Shown here: positions 28,166-38,694 of the stretch, piece after piece
How the letters are laid out: the number at the start of each line of letters is the position of its first letter
Numbering within the stretch: the first letter of the stretch is position 1
Assembly (NCBI GenBank): GCA_016934735.1
Contig: JAFGSG010000055.1
Location: 2,111 to 66,110, forward strand
Direction: 5' to 3'
Origin: Spirochaetota bacterium
GTDB lineage: Bacteria > Spirochaetota > UBA4802 > JAFGDQ01
Length of the DNA stretch: 64,000 bases
Translations under genes and position numbers: made by a program
Notes under the pieces: model-generated
What the model was told of the DNA's origin: nothing
Seen by the model: only the letters and a program-made list of their open reading frames with translations
Databases searched by the model: none

Positions 28166-29881
28166 TTAAAATTTAATCGAAAGGATTGTAAAATCGTCTA
28201 TTACTTCATCGTCGAGATCAATTTTTTCCAGTTCGTTTTTATAAGTGCCGATAAATTCAGAAGGATGATAGTCAAGCTTGTCAATTGCTTTTTGAATCAG
28301 CGTATTTTCCCCTTTTTCAATATCACCGCTTCCCAGATATTCCAGAACGCCGTCTGTAAATAGAAGTACAACATCGCCGTGTTCAAAAATAGCAGCTCTT
28401 TCCTCGTATCTGGAATCCAGTTTCAATCCAAGGGCTTTGCCGTCAGCGTTCAGCTTTTCGACTGATTTGGTTTTTGCTCTGATCAATATCTGGTCGTTAT
28501 GCCCTGCGTTCCCATAATAGAGCAGATTATTGTGCGGGTCAATAAGCATGTAAAATGCTGTTACAAACATTCCGTGTTCAGAGTCCTGGTAAATATATTG
28601 ATTAGCGGTTGTTAAAAGCCGCCCGGGCTGATTGTTAAATCTGGTTTCCGCTCTGAGTATATTTCTTGCAGTACCCATGAAAAGCGCTGCAGGTATTCCT
28701 TTGCCCGACACGTCAGCTACGAGAACGGCGTATTTGTTGTCGTCGAATTTGAAGAGATCGTAGAAGTCTCCTCCGATTTCTTTTGCGGGCTTGTTGAATG
28801 CTCCGACTTCGTGCCCCGCTACATTTAAAGGAATTACGGGGAGGATTTTTCTTTGGATTTCCGCGGCAATATTAATTTCCTGCGATAACCTTTTCTGCGA
28901 CTTGATTTTTTTCTGATATATGAGTTCCTGATATATTCCGGCTATGCTTGTGCCTATGGTAGATATCACCTGATGATCGAATGATGTGAAGTCGAGACCG
29001 TTTTTTTTGTCCGCTAAATTTAGGACTCCTATTATTTCATTTTTTAATCTTATTGGTGTTGAAATAAACGCCCCTGTTTTATAAAAGCGTTCCCGTTTTT
29101 CATAAGGGAATGTCACTTCATTTCCGATATCGGAGACAATTAATGTGTTCCCGCTTTCCTTGACAAATCCTGATATGGAATCGCCTGTGTTTATTTCTAT
29201 TTGGTCCGCTATGTAATCCGGCAAGCCGTAAGATGCCGTTAATATAAATTTTTGTCTGGAGTTATCATAAAAAAGAATTGAAGCTTTTTCCACTTCAAGG
29301 GATTCGGCCAGCGAAATAATTATTTTTTTAAAAATGCTTTCGTCCGGGTCAGCAAAAGATATTGACTGAGAAATGTCGTAAAGGGCGGTCAGCTCTTTTA
29401 TTCTGCTTGTCAGGTCATCGTACAGCATTCGGTTAAAGATTGCGATTGCAGCATGTTCAGCAATATATGAAAGCAGTTCCTGGTCCCAGTCGGAAAAGCC
29501 TTCCCTGTCTACAGCGTTTACGGCCTCCAGAACACCAAGGAGTTTTCCCTGCATCTCCATGGGCACGCATAGAATGCTTTTCGTGGTAAAGCTGAATTTT
29601 TTATCAATTTCATCGAAGTGCCTGGGGTCGTTTCTGACGTCGTTAACTATCAGCGGTTTTCCGGTCTCCGCCACTGTGCCTGCAATACCGGATCCCTTTG
29701 GGACTTTTTCGCCCATTATTTCTTTTTTCCCGCCGCTCACAATATTAAAGATTAAATCTCCGGATTTGGGATCAGTAAGCAGAAGTGAAGATGCTTCCGC
29801 GTTTACAATGTCTTTCGCGACATCAAGGATAACCGTTAATAGTTCCGGCAGTTCCATTGATGAGTTAATCTTTTTATTCAC
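28166..29881 (-). CDS. GAF-GAF-PP2C (SpoIIE/RsbU-type) serine phosphatase
   Basis: Two GAF-like regions then GGDFYDLF...VADVSGKGIPAALFMG PP2C motifs. Confidence 0.85.
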   Translation of the reverse strand: MNKKINSSMELPELLTVILDVAKDIVNAEASSLLLTDPKSGDLIFNIVSGGKKEIMGEKVPKGSGIAGTVAETGKPLIVNDVRNDPRHFDEIDKKFSFTTKSILCVPMEMQGKLLGVLEAVNAVDREGFSDWDQELLSYIAEHAAIAIFNRMLYDDLTSRIKELTALYDISQSISFADPDESIFKKIIISLAESLEVEKASILFYDNSRQKFILTASYGLPDYIADQIEINTGDSISGFVKESGNTLIVSDIGNEVTFPYEKRERFYKTGAFISTPIRLKNEIIGVLNLADKKNGLDFTSFDHQVISTIGTSIAGIYQELIYQKKIKSQKRLSQEINIAAEIQRKILPVIPLNVAGHEVGAFNKPAKEIGGDFYDLFKFDDNKYAVLVADVSGKGIPAALFMGTARNILRAETRFNNQPGRLLTTANQYIYQDSEHGMFVTAFYMLIDPHNNLLYYGNAGHNDQILIRAKTKSVEKLNADGKALGLKLDSRYEERAAIFEHGDVVLLFTDGVLEYLGSGDIEKGENTLIQKAIDKLDYHPSEFIGTYKNELEKIDLDDEVIDDFTILSIKF

Positions 29882-30221
29882 AATGCTGATCTGCGACAGG
29901 TTTATGGTTTTTTTATCGATTGGCCGTCTCCTGAAAAAAATATATTGCTTTCCTGATAAAATAACAGCGATAATTTATATAAGATGCGTCCCAAATTTAT
30001 ATTTTGAATTATAAAACAATTTATTTGCAATGATTCCTTATGATATGTCCGAAGACCTTTAATCTTTTAAACAGGATTTTGGGGCACACCCTTAGTAAAA
30101 ATTATAAGTACTTGGCAATATGCTGCAAATAGACATATTGTAGCACAATGATTAAAAATTTATATTATAAAATTCAGGTATTATCCTGCAGTTATATATT
30201 TTTAGCAAGGGAAAAATAAGT

Positions 30222-31244
30222 ATGTATTATATTATTTACCAGACAGCTTTTATTGGAGATATAATTTTATCTTCTTCAATGATAAACACAATTAAGCATG
30301 CTGATCCGAAAAGCAAGATTATTTTTGTCACTACTCCCATCGGTGAGTCAATTCTGCATAACGATATGTGTATTGATAAAATTATAGTATATGATAAAAA
30401 AAAGCTCGATAAAGGCCTGTCCGGATTACTTAAAAAAGCAAAAGAAATACGTAAAATTACGCATGGGGAACGTTCAATTTTTATTTCTCCTCACCGTTTT
30501 TTAAGGGCTGCTCTTATGGCTTTATTATCCGGATCAGGGATCAGGGCCGGATTTAAAGGATCGGTTTTTTCTTTTTTATACAACAGACGCGTGCGTTATC
30601 AATTCGGTATTCACGAGATAATTAGAAATTTTAAACTGTTAAGGGCGGTTTTCGATCACAGTTTTAATCTGAAACCTGAAAGGCCGAGGCTCTACTTCTC
30701 TGAATACGACTTGGAAAAAGTTAAAAAGAAGATATTCAATATATTTCATCCTGATGATATAATTGTATCGATTGCTCCCGGGTCTGTGTGGCCTACAAAA
30801 AGATGGCCAGCCGAATATTTTACTAATGTTATTCACACTCTTGATAAGGCCGGCATCAAGGTACTCCTTGTAGGCGGTGAGAACGACCGGAAGCTTTGCG
30901 AATCTCTTGAGCGCGGGAACACATTAAATCTTGCCGGAGAGCTTTCTTTGCCAGAGTCCGCTGCTGCGATCGGCATGTCACGCGCGCTTGTATCCAATGA
31001 CTCCGCGCCTCTGCACATTGCATCTGCAGTGAACACGCCCACTGTTGCGATATTCGGTGCTACAACGTCGCATCTCGGCTTCGGCCCGCTCGCGGAAGGC
31101 TCTGTAGTGCTCGAGAATAATGAACTGGAATGCAGGCCGTGCGGGAGGCACGGGGGTGAAAGATGTGCGAAGAAGCATTTTGCGTGCATGAATAGCATTA
31201 CATCCGGGAGCGTAATTGACGCTCTGATGAAAATAATCAAATGA
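30222..31244 (+). CDS. Glycosyltransferase family 9 (ADP-heptose:LPS heptosyltransferase, WaaF/WaaC-like)
   Basis: IAPGSVWPTKRWP, VSNDSAPLHIASAVNTPTVAIFG, C-terminal CRPCGRH. Confidence 0.8.
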   Translation: MYYIIYQTAFIGDIILSSSMINTIKHADPKSKIIFVTTPIGESILHNDMCIDKIIVYDKKKLDKGLSGLLKKAKEIRKITHGERSIFISPHRFLRAALMALLSGSGIRAGFKGSVFSFLYNRRVRYQFGIHEIIRNFKLLRAVFDHSFNLKPERPRLYFSEYDLEKVKKKIFNIFHPDDIIVSIAPGSVWPTKRWPAEYFTNVIHTLDKAGIKVLLVGGENDRKLCESLERGNTLNLAGELSLPESAAAIGMSRALVSNDSAPLHIASAVNTPTVAIFGATTSHLGFGPLAEGSVVLENNELECRPCGRHGGERCAKKHFACMNSITSGSVIDALMKIIK

Positions 31245-31262
31245 ATCAGATGAATCCTTGTT

Positions 31263-33635
31263 CTAATTTTTGTCTAAAACTGTACGGACTTTAAAAGATA
31301 ATTCCTGAGTTGTAAAAGGCTTGCTTATAAAATTTATTCCCTGTTCAAGCATGCCCTGCTTATCTATGATTTCTGCCGTATAACCGGAATTATAAAGTAT
31401 TTTTAATTCAGGGCGCATAAGCAGCAACCTTTCGGCGGTTACCCGTCCGTTTATTCCAGGTAGAATAACATCGGTCATGAGCATATGAATCTTATCCTTA
31501 TAATTTTCGGCAATTATCAAAGCTTCTTCGCCGCTTGCAGCTGTCAGTACTTTGTATCCTAATCGTGTTAGAATTTCACGGCTGAATTCAAGTACCTGAG
31601 CTTTATCTTCGGTAATCAGGATTGTTTCCGTACCTGTAGGCATGTCAGGTTTTGTTTGAGGTTTTAGTGCCTGTGATGCAATCTGTAATGAACGGGGGAA
31701 ATATAGTTTAAATACAGTACCCCGGCCTGTTTCAGAGTAAACTTCTATTGTACCAATATTCTGTTTTACAATTCCGTATACTGTGGCCAGCCCCAATCCG
31801 GTACCGCGGCCCTTTTCCTTTGTTGTAAAAAACGGTTCAAAAATATGATCAAGTATATCTTTGCTCATTCCTGTCCCGGTGTCTGTAATTGACATCATTA
31901 CATAATCGCCTGGCAATAAATCGGCATGTTCACTGCAGTAATTTTCGTTAAAATAGACATTTGCTGTCTCGATCACAAGTTCGCCGCCGTCAGGCATGGC
32001 ATCGCGGGCGTTAGCCGCTAGATTAATAATGATTTGTTCAATTTGTCCCGGATCAGCTTTTATCGTAAACAGATCATGACGCGGAACAATATTCAGTTTA
32101 ATATTCTCGCCGACCAGGGTTAGAATCATTTTATGAACGCGTTCGATTATGCTGTTCAGATTAATAATTTCAGGTTCAATAACCTGTTTACGCGAAAAAG
32201 CCAGAAGCTGCTTAGTAAGGTTTACCGCGCCCTGTGCGGCTTTCATTACTACTGATAATTGTGAATAGAGTTTTCCTGCGGGATCGAGCTGATGCATAGT
32301 CAGCTCTGTGTATCCCAAAATAGCTGTAAGCAGATTATTAAAATCGTGAGCTATGCCGCCTGCCAGCCTGCCAATTGATTCTATTGTCTGGGAATGTAAT
32401 AGCATTTCCTCCAGGCGGGTCCTTTCGGTTTCCATTTTTTTCCACTCTGTTATATCGCTGAAAACACCTTCAATTCCGATTATGGTGCCGTTCCTGTCAT
32501 AGTAGAACTGGCTGTTGGTTAAAACATTGACCGGTTTTCCGTTATCCTGACGCTTAAGCGTGACTTCAAAACGAGTCAATTTCCCCTTGTCATTCATTGC
32601 TTTTAGAAATTTTTCCCTGTCTTCGGGGTGATAATAAAAGTCTTTGCCGATGTTCATACCTATCACTGAATCCAGTGAACGACAGCCGAGTATGCGGATT
32701 GCGGATGGACTGGCGAAAGTGATAATGCCGTTTAAATTGCAGCGGTAAACTGCATCATGCATGTTATCAATAAGAGTACGATATTTTTCTTCGTTTTCTC
32801 TAAGCGATTCCTCCGTTTTTTTACGTTCTGTAATATCGGTAAACATGCCAAATGATCCCATGAAACGATTCTGCGCATCCAGCAGCGGTGTTGCGGAAAT
32901 AATTGTCCAGATAGGACTGCCGTCTTTGCTCCTCATCCGGCATTCATATCGTTCCGAGTGTCCCCTTATCCTCATAATAATTTTCGCCTTATAATCAGGG
33001 ATATCTTCATTGAAAAGAAAAAAGAGATAGGGTTTTCCTATGATTTCTTCCGGTTGATATCCGAGCATGTCTGCCATCCGATTATTGACAAAATCAACGA
33101 CATGCCTTTCATTTACGCTCATAATTCCTTCATTGGAGGTATTAACGATACGGCGGTACTTTCGTTCATTTTCCTGTAATGCCTCCTCGGAACGTTTCCG
33201 TTCCGAGATATCATGAAAGAAAACCGACATACGGTTCTGCCCTGTCTGAAAAGCATAAATTTCGTATGCCCCTATAATTTTTCCATCAGAATAATTGACA
33301 TGATCTTCATGCAACTCCCTCCCGTTTGCCGCCACACGCTTGTATTTAGCAGGGATGTCCGTGTAGCCGAGCGAAGGGAATGCCGCTTCAATTGAGTTGC
33401 CTATCAGTAAAGAATGGTCAATTCCGAGTATCGCATCCGCGGATTTATTGGCCCCGACTAATATCAGCCGGCCGTCCGCGAATAATTCATAGGAGTGGGC
33501 GCCGAAAGGAGAGTTATCGATGATAGCACGCATGCGTTCTTCGCTTTTACGCAAAGCTTCGATTGCCGCGTCCTTTCGCGTTTCCGCATTTTTTTCTCTT
33601 TCGCTGACCGGATTTTTGTTTTGCTGCATTGGCAT
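31263..33635 (-). CDS. Hybrid sensor histidine kinase with multiple PAS domains, HisKA/HATPase and C-terminal receiver
   Basis: Repeated PAS blocks, HDFNNLL H-box, HATPase N/G boxes, REC domain with conserved Asp. Confidence 0.85.
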   Translation of the reverse strand: MPMQQNKNPVSEREKNAETRKDAAIEALRKSEERMRAIIDNSPFGAHSYELFADGRLILVGANKSADAILGIDHSLLIGNSIEAAFPSLGYTDIPAKYKRVAANGRELHEDHVNYSDGKIIGAYEIYAFQTGQNRMSVFFHDISERKRSEEALQENERKYRRIVNTSNEGIMSVNERHVVDFVNNRMADMLGYQPEEIIGKPYLFFLFNEDIPDYKAKIIMRIRGHSERYECRMRSKDGSPIWTIISATPLLDAQNRFMGSFGMFTDITERKKTEESLRENEEKYRTLIDNMHDAVYRCNLNGIITFASPSAIRILGCRSLDSVIGMNIGKDFYYHPEDREKFLKAMNDKGKLTRFEVTLKRQDNGKPVNVLTNSQFYYDRNGTIIGIEGVFSDITEWKKMETERTRLEEMLLHSQTIESIGRLAGGIAHDFNNLLTAILGYTELTMHQLDPAGKLYSQLSVVMKAAQGAVNLTKQLLAFSRKQVIEPEIINLNSIIERVHKMILTLVGENIKLNIVPRHDLFTIKADPGQIEQIIINLAANARDAMPDGGELVIETANVYFNENYCSEHADLLPGDYVMMSITDTGTGMSKDILDHIFEPFFTTKEKGRGTGLGLATVYGIVKQNIGTIEVYSETGRGTVFKLYFPRSLQIASQALKPQTKPDMPTGTETILITEDKAQVLEFSREILTRLGYKVLTAASGEEALIIAENYKDKIHMLMTDVILPGINGRVTAERLLLMRPELKILYNSGYTAEIIDKQGMLEQGINFISKPFTTQELSFKVRTVLDKN

Positions 33636-33710
33636 GATCCATTTGTTAATGATATGGCAGAATGAAAGTAAAACGTGTCATAATTATAAATCGCTTCAGC
33701 CGGAATGTAA

Positions 33711-33953
33711 ATAAAAAATAATAATATATCTGAAAAGGCAGAAGAGCTGATATATATTAAAATTGACCGTTCGTTTGTTAAAGACATAACATCTAATCCA
33801 AATGATCAGGTAATTGTAGAGGCAATCATTGCGATGTCCCGGATACTGGGCATCAGGAATATTGCGGAATGTGTTGAGACTGAAGAACAGTTAGATTTTT
33901 TGCTTAAGCAGAGATGTGATGAAATTCAGGTAATTTTTTATAATATTTTTTGA
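33711..33953 (+). pseudogene. Remnant of an EAL-domain c-di-GMP phosphodiesterase (C-terminal ~80 codons only, no start, decayed terminus)
   Basis: IKIDRSFVKDITSNPNDQVIVEAIIAMSRILGIRNIAECVETEEQLDFLLKQRCDEIQ matches the conserved distal EAL block; upstream in-frame TAA at 33708-33710. Confidence 0.6.
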
Positions 33954-34321
33954 CAAAGCCTGACATTTTTTATATATTATTACGACTGACTTCCTTCTGT
34001 GTGATCCGTATCTCTGAGCTAAGAAAAATTAGATAAAAGTATTACTGATATTATATGGAGAGAAATATAAGTTTAATCAAATTTTTATAATAATCATAGA
34101 TGTCAGTCCTATCATATCGGACTAGAAACAGCAATTAATATAACATGGATTGTAATTAGAACTCATCTCCTGAATTTTGTAATGTATTTTATTTTATTAT
34201 AAAAATATGTATTTTAAGATAAGTTATAGAAAATAGTAGATTACGATTTTCCGGAGCAGGCAAGAGGCATGATAATTATTAAAAAGTGTTTTAAATAAAT
34301 TTTATTTAATGAGGTAAAAAA

Positions 34322-35239
34322 GTGTATAAGCATAAATTTTTTAGTTTAAAAATTATTCTATTCACATTGTCGTTAACAATGTTTCAATGCGATTGTAAAA
34401 ATACTGATAATCTTGAATCGCAGGGAACTGTGCCGGATGCGCAGATCATAGCGGATCATACTGTGGTTGATCTATATGATGATATACCTCAGGTGTGGAT
34501 TGATGAAGGAAAAAAGATGTGGCTTGTGATAGCCGGCGAATCGCATTCGGCGGCATACCGGACTGGGTTATTAAATCTTGAAGGAAGTTATCCCACTTAT
34601 GTAGTTAATGTTACAGACTCGGGAACTCCAGAAGCATACACAACCTCGCACCTAAGGGTGAGTCGAGGGACATGGGGTGATAATAGTCATGAAACCGGGT
34701 GGATATATTCATACGGCGAGGAAGATTGGTTCACCGGTTCAAATGCGGTCAGCAGAACAAAAGCCGGCATTTCCTATTGCCATGCGAATAATTTAACGAT
34801 CAGCGCTTTTGGATTAGGATGGTGTTGGGATAATGGTATTGATGCAGATGAGATGATTAATTATTTAACAGCGACTGTGGATTATATGGATTACTGTACA
34901 GCCAGCAACATTCCGACAAAGATAATTTTTACAACGGGGCCTGTTGACGGTTATTCAGGAGAGGGTGCCTATAATAATTATCTCAGATGGCAGGCAGTCA
35001 GGGATTATATTGCTGCTATTCCTGAGGCTATATTATTTGACTATGCAGATATATTGTGTTACGACAATGGAGCAACCGACCCTAATACAATTACCTGGAA
35101 TGGCCATACATTTCCTACTATTACAGCAAATAATGAAGAACCCGAACAAACTGGGCATATCACAAATGCGGGTGCTTTACGGTTAGCTAAAGCAATGTGG
35201 TGGATGCTCGCTAGGATGGCTGGCTGGGACGGCAATTAG
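34322..35239 (+). CDS. Hypothetical secreted/lipoprotein-like Trp/Tyr-rich protein, locally higher GC
   Basis: Signal peptide with Cys (LSLTMFQCDC); flanked by very AT-rich DNA and followed by a strong terminator. Confidence 0.5.
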   Translation: MYKHKFFSLKIILFTLSLTMFQCDCKNTDNLESQGTVPDAQIIADHTVVDLYDDIPQVWIDEGKKMWLVIAGESHSAAYRTGLLNLEGSYPTYVVNVTDSGTPEAYTTSHLRVSRGTWGDNSHETGWIYSYGEEDWFTGSNAVSRTKAGISYCHANNLTISAFGLGWCWDNGIDADEMINYLTATVDYMDYCTASNIPTKIIFTTGPVDGYSGEGAYNNYLRWQAVRDYIAAIPEAILFDYADILCYDNGATDPNTITWNGHTFPTITANNEEPEQTGHITNAGALRLAKAMWWMLARMAGWDGN

Positions 35240-35290
35240 AAGAAGTGAATTTACAATAATCGTAAAGCTTCGGTAGCAAACTTATATAAA

Positions 35291-35317
35291 AAAACCGCCT
35301 TTTAGGGCGGTTTTTTT
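35291..35317 (+). terminator. Intrinsic terminator aaaaccgcc-ttttag-ggcggttttttt
   Basis: Perfect stem plus T7 run read from sequence. Confidence 0.8.
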
Positions 35318-35340
35318 ATGTGCAAAATATGTTTTTTTAC

Positions 35341-35395
35341 TTGACAATTATGTCACATTGTATTATTGAGTGGGGAATCGTGGTGATTTGTGTTG
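35341..35395 (+). promoter_or_regulatory. dcw promoter (TTGACA...TATTAT) followed by three direct repeats TGGGG / TGGTG / TGTTG at exact 10-bp spacing (35371, 35381, 35391): MraZ-type operator
   Basis: Matches the established MraZ operator architecture (TGGGN repeats at 10-nt periodicity upstream of mraZ). Confidence 0.6.
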
Positions 35396-35433
35396 ATTAT
35401 TCCCTTAAAATGGTACAGTGAGGCAGATTATCG

Positions 35434-35871
35434 ATGTTTATTGGTGAATATCATCCCAGTCTGGACGAAAAGGGCAGAGTGGCCATACCCGCCCGTCTCA
35501 GAAAGGCTTTCGGAGAAGACGCTGTTATCACCAGACTGATAATCGCCCCGAGTTTCGATAAATGCATAATCGCTTTCCGTGAATCTGAATGGAAAGATTT
35601 TGTACAGAATAAGCTGATAGTGCTTTCGCAGGGTGAGCAGAAAAACCGTATGAAGATGCGGTTTCTTCTGGGCGGCGCTGCTGAGTGCGATCTCGATAAA
35701 CAGGGCAGAATCATCATACCTGCCAATCTTCTTGAATATGCACAAATAAACGGAGATGTAACTATTCTTGGTGTATATGATAAAATAGAAATCTGGAGTT
35801 CAAAGATATACTGCGAACATAAACCGGACACGGACACATTGAATATGTTCGCAAAAGATTTAAGCTTTTAA
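35434..35871 (+). CDS. mraZ: Transcriptional regulator MraZ
   Basis: MFIGEYHPSLDEKGRVAIPARLRKAF and a second DxxGR repeat; first gene of dcw cluster. Confidence 0.9.
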   Translation: MFIGEYHPSLDEKGRVAIPARLRKAFGEDAVITRLIIAPSFDKCIIAFRESEWKDFVQNKLIVLSQGEQKNRMKMRFLLGGAAECDLDKQGRIIIPANLLEYAQINGDVTILGVYDKIEIWSSKIYCEHKPDTDTLNMFAKDLSF

Positions 35872-35912
35872 CTTCCGGGAATTTTTCCCGGTTTTGTTTT
35901 AATAAATATTGC

Positions 35913-36893
35913 ATGACGGCTTTACATGAAATTATGAGACATAATGTCGAAGATGATAAAATCGTACACAAGCCGGTCATGTGGAAGGAGGTTTTAAAAT
36001 TCGCAGGCAAGGTACAGGAAGCCGGCGATAATATTTTTGCAGACTGTACACTGGGCGAGGGCGGGCACAGCAAACTTCTGCTTGAGACATATAAGGATTT
36101 AAGGATAATCGCCTTTGAAAGAGACCCGGAAATACTGGAGATTGCGAAGAGAAGATTAGAGGAATATTCCGGCAGAATAGAATTTATCAATGACAATTTT
36201 GCGGATATAGAAGGATACCTGGGCACAAAAAAGCAAAAGTTAAGCGGGTTCCTGTACGATTTTGGGATTTCCTCATATCATTTTGAAAAAAGCGGGCGGG
36301 GTTTCAGCTTTACCGGGAATGAGCCGCTCGATATGAGACTGGATAAGCGAAAAGATCTTAATGCATATTATATAGCAAATAAATATCCTGAAAATAAGAT
36401 AAGGGAAATTTTCTGGGAATACGGGGAAGAGCGCTGGGCAAAACGGATCGCAAAAATTATTTGTGAAAGGAGAAAACTTAAATCCATTGAAACGTCAGAT
36501 GAACTCGCGGATATAGTTAAGAGTGCTATACCGGCGAAATTCAGAGTCAGGAATATTCATCCGGCTACAAGGGTGTTTCAGGCAATAAGAATAGAAGTAA
36601 ACGACGAGCTGAACTCGATCAGAAAATCGCTTAACGATGCGCATAAATATTTGGCGACAGGCGGAATGATAATTGCGATCTCGTTCCATTCACTTGAGGA
36701 CAGAATAGTCAAAGATCAGTTCAGGCGTCTGGCTAAAGGATGCGTATGTGGGTTGCCGCCTCAGCAATGTATGTGCGACGGTAAACCGCTAGTTGAAATA
36801 CTGACAAAGAAGCCGTTTACGCCGTCGGAAGAAGAACTTGAAGAGAACAGGCGTTCAAGGAGCGCTAAGCTCAGGGCGTGCAGGAAAGTGTAA
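35913..36893 (+). CDS. rsmH: 16S rRNA (cytosine1402-N4)-methyltransferase RsmH (MraW)
   Basis: HKPVM, DCTLGEGGHS, SFHSLEDRIVK. Confidence 0.9.
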   Translation: MTALHEIMRHNVEDDKIVHKPVMWKEVLKFAGKVQEAGDNIFADCTLGEGGHSKLLLETYKDLRIIAFERDPEILEIAKRRLEEYSGRIEFINDNFADIEGYLGTKKQKLSGFLYDFGISSYHFEKSGRGFSFTGNEPLDMRLDKRKDLNAYYIANKYPENKIREIFWEYGEERWAKRIAKIICERRKLKSIETSDELADIVKSAIPAKFRVRNIHPATRVFQAIRIEVNDELNSIRKSLNDAHKYLATGGMIIAISFHSLEDRIVKDQFRRLAKGCVCGLPPQQCMCDGKPLVEILTKKPFTPSEEELEENRRSRSAKLRACRKV

Positions 36894-37159
36894 GGAGGCT
36901 GGTTATTAAATATTTTATTACAGCATTACTGTGTATACTTTTCGTCATTATATATGTGTGGCAGAATGTTGAGGTTATGAAAATTAAAATTGATTATAGA
37001 AAAGCATTAAAAGAAGAAAGGCAGCTTATAAACATGAACGATAGATTAAGATACGAGATCGAGAGATACAGAAGAATGGAACTTATTGAAAAGTATGCAG
37101 CGGAAAACGGGATGAATGCCCTTTCTCCGTACGATTTTGTGACAATCAATATGGATTAG
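36878..37159 (+). CDS. ftsL: Cell division protein FtsL-like (single TM then coiled coil)
   Basis: Position between rsmH and murE, 93 aa, TM helix then heptad region. Confidence 0.6.
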   Translation: MQESVRRLVIKYFITALLCILFVIIYVWQNVEVMKIKIDYRKALKEERQLINMNDRLRYEIERYRRMELIEKYAAENGMNALSPYDFVTINMD

Positions 37160-37164
37160 AAAGC

Positions 37165-38694
37165 ATGAACGAAGTCATTAAAAAATCAATGCCTTTAGGT
37201 GCTTTAATGAATAACATTAAATGCGGCATTAAAATCGTTTCCGGCAATATTGATAAGGAGATCGCATCGGTCGAATATGATTCAAGAAAAGTGAATGATA
37301 AAGCATTATTTATCGCAGTTCCCGGCTTTGTGACTGACGGGCATTTGTATGTAAAGGATGCAGTAGAAAAAGGCGCCGGTGCTGTGTTGGTCTCGGATTC
37401 AAAAGCAGGCGAGTTTAAAGATTCTATAACTAACGGAACAGTTGTTCTGGCTGCGTCTGATACAAGAAGGGCTTTGTCCGCGTTTTCAGCGGCGGTTTTC
37501 GGCAATCCGACATCCAAAGCACCGGTCATAGGCATTACCGGAACGAACGGAAAAACGTCCATTACTTACATGATAGAGGCTGTATTAAGGGATTTCGGGA
37601 TGAGGCCGGGCGTTGTAGGTACTGTGAACTACAGATGGAAAGATAAAGTCGTCAGTGCGCCTAATACGACTCCGGAATCAAGAGATCTGCAGGAGATATT
37701 CGCGAATATGATTGCGGATGGTGTGAATGTAATCGTTATGGAAGTCTCTTCGCATGCGCTGAAATTATTCAGGGTTGAGGATATTGATTTTAATATAGCG
37801 GCATTCACAAATCTGACAAGGGATCACCTGGATTTTCATAAATCATTTGAAGATTATTTTAATTCAAAAAAGAAACTTTTTCAGTTGCTTGGAAAGAGTA
37901 TGAAAGATAATAAGGCCGGAATTGTGAATATTGATGATTTTTACGGCAGAAAAATATGTGAGAGCACGGAATTCGGTTATCCGGTTTTAGGGTTCGGCAT
38001 TGATAAGAGTGCGGAATATAAAGTGGACGAAAAAAGTATTTCGAGCTCTCTTGCCGGACTTTCTTATGCGCTGGAGAAACCTGCACGCGGTATAAATATC
38101 AGGCTTAATGTTCTTGGAAGTTTCCAGATGTATAATTCATTATGTGCCTTTGCAGTATGCCACAGGATGGGAGTGCCGGTCAGTATTATAAAAAAGGGTT
38201 TGGAAGATTTAAAGGTGATTCCCGGAAGGTTCGATTCGATAAAATCAAAAAGCGGTTTTTACGTGATTATAGATTATGCGCACACAGGCGACGCAGTGTT
38301 GAAGTTGTTAGCTTCTGCGAGAGAACTGAAACCCGATCGCATCATTACTCTGATCGGATGCGGTGGTAACCGCGACAGGACCAAGCGTCCGGTAATGGGA
38401 AAGACTGCGGTCGCAGGCTCCGACTGGGTTATCTTTACCAGCGACAATCCGCGCGACGAAGACCCTGATGAGATCATCATGGAAATTACATCGGGATTGA
38501 GCGGGACTAACTTTGAAACAATTACAGACAGGGAGAAGGCAATTAAAAAAGCCATATTTATGGCTAAAGAAAATGACCTTGTGGTGCTGGCAGGCAAAGG
38601 TCATGAGGATTATCAGATCATAAAGGGAAGGAAGACGCATTTTGACGATCATGAAATCGCGAGTAAATATATTGAAGAGCGGGAAAATAATTGA
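37165..38694 (+). CDS. murE: UDP-N-acetylmuramoyl-L-alanyl-D-glutamate--2,6-diaminopimelate ligase
   Basis: GITGTNGKTS, mDAP-specific DNPR motif in TSDNPRDE. Confidence 0.9.
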   Translation: MNEVIKKSMPLGALMNNIKCGIKIVSGNIDKEIASVEYDSRKVNDKALFIAVPGFVTDGHLYVKDAVEKGAGAVLVSDSKAGEFKDSITNGTVVLAASDTRRALSAFSAAVFGNPTSKAPVIGITGTNGKTSITYMIEAVLRDFGMRPGVVGTVNYRWKDKVVSAPNTTPESRDLQEIFANMIADGVNVIVMEVSSHALKLFRVEDIDFNIAAFTNLTRDHLDFHKSFEDYFNSKKKLFQLLGKSMKDNKAGIVNIDDFYGRKICESTEFGYPVLGFGIDKSAEYKVDEKSISSSLAGLSYALEKPARGINIRLNVLGSFQMYNSLCAFAVCHRMGVPVSIIKKGLEDLKVIPGRFDSIKSKSGFYVIIDYAHTGDAVLKLLASARELKPDRIITLIGCGGNRDRTKRPVMGKTAVAGSDWVIFTSDNPRDEDPDEIIMEITSGLSGTNFETITDREKAIKKAIFMAKENDLVVLAGKGHEDYQIIKGRKTHFDDHEIASKYIEERENN

